A stretch of DNA of 34,641 nt from a virus. How positions within the stretch are numbered: the stretch's first letter is position 1; the number at the start of each line of letters is the position of its first letter. This document shows, piece after piece, positions 33,225-34,641 of the stretch. The notes under the pieces were generated by a model that ran no database searches, was not told the DNA's origin, and saw only the letters and a list, made by a program, of their open reading frames with translations. The stretch is taken from the IMG/VR virus record IMGVR_UViG_3300045988_070268. The stretch is one strand, 5' to 3'. The position numbers were made by a program, and so were the translations under genes.

Positions 33225-34586
33225 CTATGCAGTGCGTTTCCACATGTACACGGCCAGATATGGCGGCATGTTGTCGTGCGCCTTGTTCCCGCCAGCGTAC
33301 AGCGTGTTGACGTTGCCGCTGTAGCCCTTCTTGTCGTTCGCCTGAACTGTCATGGACGAGGTTGTCCCGCCCGTGGTGTCGTAGTTGTCAAGAGTGTGGT
33401 TGTGCGACGGCATTTCGGACGTCGTGAGCTGGTGGGCTGCTTCGCCGCCAGTGCTCCCAGCAGCGTAGGTGTCATCGGCACCGAGCAGGAACCTGCCCCC
33501 GATGCGCTCCCACGTCCCGCCGAACAGAGAAGCTGGATTGACATCTGTCACGCTCAGGTAGATTGCCCCGACCGGGTACGCCCCCTGCGCGGTGAGCCAT
33601 GCCGAATCGCCGAGCTGGAATGCGTTCTCCTGAGTCGGCAGGCAGTTCACGCCGACGCTGGATTTCTTGGTGTCGATGAAGAACGCTGGGATGCCCTTGC
33701 CCAAAGTCAAGTTGTATTCGGTCGTTTCCAGCTTGTCCGCGACGGTCACAACGAAGTCGTAAGCTGAATCCCTGTCGCACGTCACCGTGGATTGGATTGA
33801 ATCCTTCAGCTCGATTGGCGTTCCGTAGCTAGAATCCGAGACCTTCTTGAACTTCGCGGAGATTGTCACGGCATTCTTGCCGTTCAGGTACGAGTACCGC
33901 GCGCTCGCGGTGATGTACGTTTCAGGCTCGAAGTTGTTCAGGCGGTGCAGGTCGATGACGGCAGTTGGTGCGCTGTAATCATCGACGGTCACCTGAACAG
34001 ATTGACTCGCAGTGAACCCACGACTGTCGGTTGCCGTGACGGTCAGAGCCTGAGAATACGAGACGTCCACAGCCCCCAGCGAGACGGCCCCCGCAGCAGT
34101 CACGGTTTTCGTCACCCCGCCGAAGGCGATAGCATATCTCGCAATAGTCGCGCCATTCTTCGCCGTCGCTGTCGGCACGGTCACGGTCAATACTGAGTGG
34201 TTCTGGACGATTCGCGACTTGTCACCAGTCACCGCCACCGTGGCGGCATTGGTGTCCTCGTACGAGACTTCCCCAAGCGCTGGCGCTGCGTCAACGACGT
34301 TCATCTTCCTTTCGGCCCGCGAGTAGTACGCGGTGCCGTCGATTGTCGTTTTCAGAACGTACGTGACCTTCAGCGTCGGCGAGTCCTTGCTCGCGTTACG
34401 CAGGGTCGTGCGCTCAGAATCTGTGAGCTGCATCGTGTACGAGCCGCCTGCACCGCTTATCGCACCTGCCCTAGTGATGCTGCCGCCTGCGAATTCTATT
34501 GACACGTCGCACGAGAACGAGGACGGATTGCTGTAGGTCAGCGTCGGGTTCGTCTCGTCCGTGAAGTCGTTGGCGGTCACGATTGT
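33225..34586 (-). CDS. Tail fibre / receptor-binding protein, C-terminal 453 codons (continuation of 384..1) with a C-terminal phage tail-collar domain
   Basis: ..LTTSEMPSHNHTLDNYDTTGG...GGNKAHDNMPPYLAVYMWKRTA matches the collar-domain signature (HxH...NMPPY). The frame stays open upstream of the track's GTG through 34586 into base 384..1. Confidence 0.7.
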   Translation of the reverse strand, partial: TIVTANDFTDETNPTLTYSNPSSFSCDVSIEFAGGSITRAGAISGAGGSYTMQLTDSERTTLRNASKDSPTLKVTYVLKTTIDGTAYYSRAERKMNVVDAAPALGEVSYEDTNAATVAVTGDKSRIVQNHSVLTVTVPTATAKNGATIARYAIAFGGVTKTVTAAGAVSLGAVDVSYSQALTVTATDSRGFTASQSVQVTVDDYSAPTAVIDLHRLNNFEPETYITASARYSYLNGKNAVTISAKFKKVSDSSYGTPIELKDSIQSTVTCDRDSAYDFVVTVADKLETTEYNLTLGKGIPAFFIDTKKSSVGVNCLPTQENAFQLGDSAWLTAQGAYPVGAIYLSVTDVNPASLFGGTWERIGGRFLLGADDTYAAGSTGGEAAHQLTTSEMPSHNHTLDNYDTTGGTTSSMTVQANDKKGYSGNVNTLYAGGNKAHDNMPPYLAVYMWKRTA

Positions 34587-34641
34587 CGCGTTTCGGGCTA
34601 TCCTGTCGAGCGTGATGGAGCCTGAAGCCGTGATGCTCCCG
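34587..34641. repeat. Second copy of the 55-bp terminal overlap
   Basis: Identical to 1..55. Confidence 0.9.

Noticed and set aside
34587-34641. 55-bp terminal repeat as a genuine phage direct terminal repeat
   Set aside because: It is far shorter than known DTRs and equals a standard assembler k-mer. A gene reads continuously across it, which is consistent with a circularisation overlap.

Overview
The window appears to be a complete, circularly permuted genome of a temperate siphovirus-like phage (Caudoviricetes). It is about 34.6 kb with roughly 58% GC, and nearly all genes sit on the minus strand. Bases 1..55 are identical to 34587..34641, so the contig closes on itself with a unique length of 34,586 bp. 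One tail-fibre gene runs across the junction (minus strand, 384..1 continuing 34586..33225). The lysogeny module comprises a large serine recombinase (31627..33129, +), a small cI-like HTH repressor (31315..31623, +) and a divergent Cro-like gene (30824..31093, -), with an operator-rich intergenic switch between them. Reading down the minus strand: (1) an early recombination/replication operon, holding a Gp157-like protein, a Rad52/Sak-like single-strand annealing protein, SSB, NinB-like, dUTPase, a replisome organiser with internal iterons, a DnaC-like helicase loader, a sigma-70 region-4-like regulator, two tandem Lar-like zinc-finger proteins and many small hypothetical proteins. (2) A control region bounded by terminators, followed by the lysis cassette (membrane protein, holin, GH25-CW_7-CW_7-LysM endolysin). 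(3) The packaging module: HNH endonuclease, a GT-A-like glycosyltransferase with a truncated paralogue, P27-family small terminase and large terminase. (4) An HK97-type head module (portal, prohead protease, major capsid, connectors). (5) The tail module: major tail protein, chaperones G/GT with a -1 frameshift, an 893-aa tape measure, Dit, three paralogous collagen-like fibre proteins inserted between Dit and Tal, Tal, and a collar-domain fibre. The points most worth a second look are the glycosyltransferase moron beside the terminase genes, the collagen-like fibre cassette with an in-frame C8 tract, several hairpins and tandem duplications, and a candidate attP next to the integrase. Protein-family calls come from motif recognition by eye, not from database searches.
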